Assembly (NCBI GenBank): GCA_951406725.2
Contig: OX597818.1
Span: forward strand, 23,994,001 to 24,058,000
DNA length: 64,000 nucleotides
Direction of reading: 5' to 3'
Source of the DNA: Octopus vulgaris
Lineage: Eukaryota
Shown here: piece by piece, positions 62,554-64,000 of the stretch
Layout of the letters: each line of letters starts with the position of its first letter
Numbering within the stretch: position 1 is the stretch's first letter
The notes under the pieces: generated by a model
Database searches by the model: none
What the model was told of the DNA's origin: nothing
The model's input: only the letters and a program-made list of their open reading frames with translations
Position numbers and translations under genes: made by a program

Positions 62554-63848
62554 ATACACCCTTAAAAAGTTTCAGTAAAATTGCCATTACTCTGATAATA
62601 TTGAAGGAAATCAAGTGAAATTTATACTGAATGAATTATATTATTACATGCAAACATTATACAAATTTGGAACACAAAGCAATACGTGTTTTCAAAGACA
62701 TGAACGAAATATTAATTTTTAAATGTTTCAAAAATATGTACACCCTAAAGGATTATTTGCTATACAGTAATCCCTCGCCATATTGTGGTTCACTTGTCGC
62801 AGTTTATTATTTAAGCTTACGTCGATTCCTCTGTGATGTTATTTTGCATTTATAGTAAAATAAATATATAGAAATTATAAAAATAATTTTAAAAATATAC
62901 AGTACAGTACTGTTTCTACTTCATGGATTTTCACCTATCACAGGAGGGTTTGGAATGTAACACCCACGTAAGTCAAGGGATTATTTTATTCAATATTTGG
63001 TGTAACTGCCCTTGCTTTCAATAACTATTAAATTTCCACATATAATTGACCTTTATTCATCCTGAATGATGTCTCTCAACTGTGTTACATTGCAAATTTT
63101 TTTCTCCTCAACTTTTCTTTTCAAAACACCCCACAGATGTTCAATTGGGTTTAAATCAGGTGACATGGTAAGCCAAGGCAATACCTTTACCTTTCTATCT
63201 GATAAAAACTTAGTCGTCATCTTTGAAGTGTATTTAGGGTCATTAACATGTTGGAACATGGAATGTCTTCCTAGTTCCTTGATGCTTTCCAACATTGTTT
63301 TCTGCAATATGTCACAATAAAGCCTTGAATCCATTGTTATTTAAATAAATGTGAGCCCTCCCACAACAGCTGCACTCATGCATCCCCAAAGCATAACACT
63401 TCCTGTAAATTAAAAATAATTTTCTTAAAATCTTGAGAAAATTCTTTTCCTTTTGGTGCCATTTTAATCACAATGAAGAAGATTTTCACCATGGTACACA
63501 AATCAGAATTCCTGTACATGCAATAACAATGACCGGTGCAAAAATGCCAGGAGAAATAATTTATTAGAATTTAAATTATCAGCAATATCTGTTAGTAAAT
63601 AAAGTGGATAAAATATTGAATATAGCAAATTTCCTTTAGGGTGTACATACTTTTGTAACGTTTGAAAATTAATATTTCATTCATATATTTGAAAATGTTT
63701 ATTGTTTTGTGTTCCAAATTTGCATAATGTTTGGATGCATAATATATTTTATTCAGTATAAATTTTGTTTGATTTCCTTCAATATTATCAGAGTAATGGC
63801 AATTTTACAGAAATTTTTTAGGGGTGTACATACTTCTGTGAGATACTG
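62554..63848 (-). mobile_element. Internally deleted Tc1-like element (DD34E) with long IR/DR termini
   Basis: MLWGC..., FQHVNDPKYTS, SPDLNPIEHLW. ~200-bp inverted ends with a repeated tacaccc motif; the right end is ...gagatactg followed by TA. Confidence 0.88.
62765..62986. mobile_element. Tigger/pogo-like MITE nested in the Tc1 element
   Basis: TA-cagtaatccctcg ... caagggattatt termini. Confidence 0.6.
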
Positions 63849-63917
63849 TATATGTATATATACATGCATGCATGTATATATATGTATGTATATGTATATA
63901 TATATATGTGTGTGTGT

Positions 63918-64000
63918 GGATGCGCAATGGCCCAGTGGTTAGGGCAGCAGATTTGTGATTGGAGGATTGCGGTTTCGATTCCCAGACCAGGCATTGTGTG
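63918..64000 (+). mobile_element. tRNA-derived SINE head, cut by the window end
   Basis: tggcccagtggttagg (A box) and ggtttcgattccc (B box). Confidence 0.65.

Overview
AT-rich, intron-rich animal DNA. The repeat content (RTE LINEs with (ATG)n tails, tRNA-derived SINEs, (TA)n/(CA)n microsatellites) suggests a cephalopod such as Octopus; this is an inference. Three spliced genes lie in tandem on the minus strand. PRDM10 has 10 coding exons at 42183-62035, with its 5' end beyond the window. TMEM218 is a complete 3-exon, 117-aa gene at 28821-34789; the ORF track misses it, and it needs a GC-AG first intron. TOMM70 has coding exons 1-7 at 1043-23116, with its 3' end beyond the window. I reconstructed all exons by hand, and the splice phases are consistent. 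Introns and intergenic DNA hold decayed Penelope-like elements (some with minimal hammerhead ribozyme motifs in inverted orientation), RTE and CR1 LINEs, a Helitron with a 69-bp tandem array, mariner/Tc1 elements, MITEs, a probable solo LTR and a disrupted 5S rRNA copy. Most short ORFs in the track are repeat-derived noise. The notable oddities are an in-frame read-through from a PRDM10 exon into an RT-PHD LINE ORF, hammerhead-bearing fold-backs in TOMM70 introns, a 52-bp hairpin with an 8-bp target duplication, and a displaced copy of PRDM10 coding sequence. I see no evidence for a wholly new multi-gene system.
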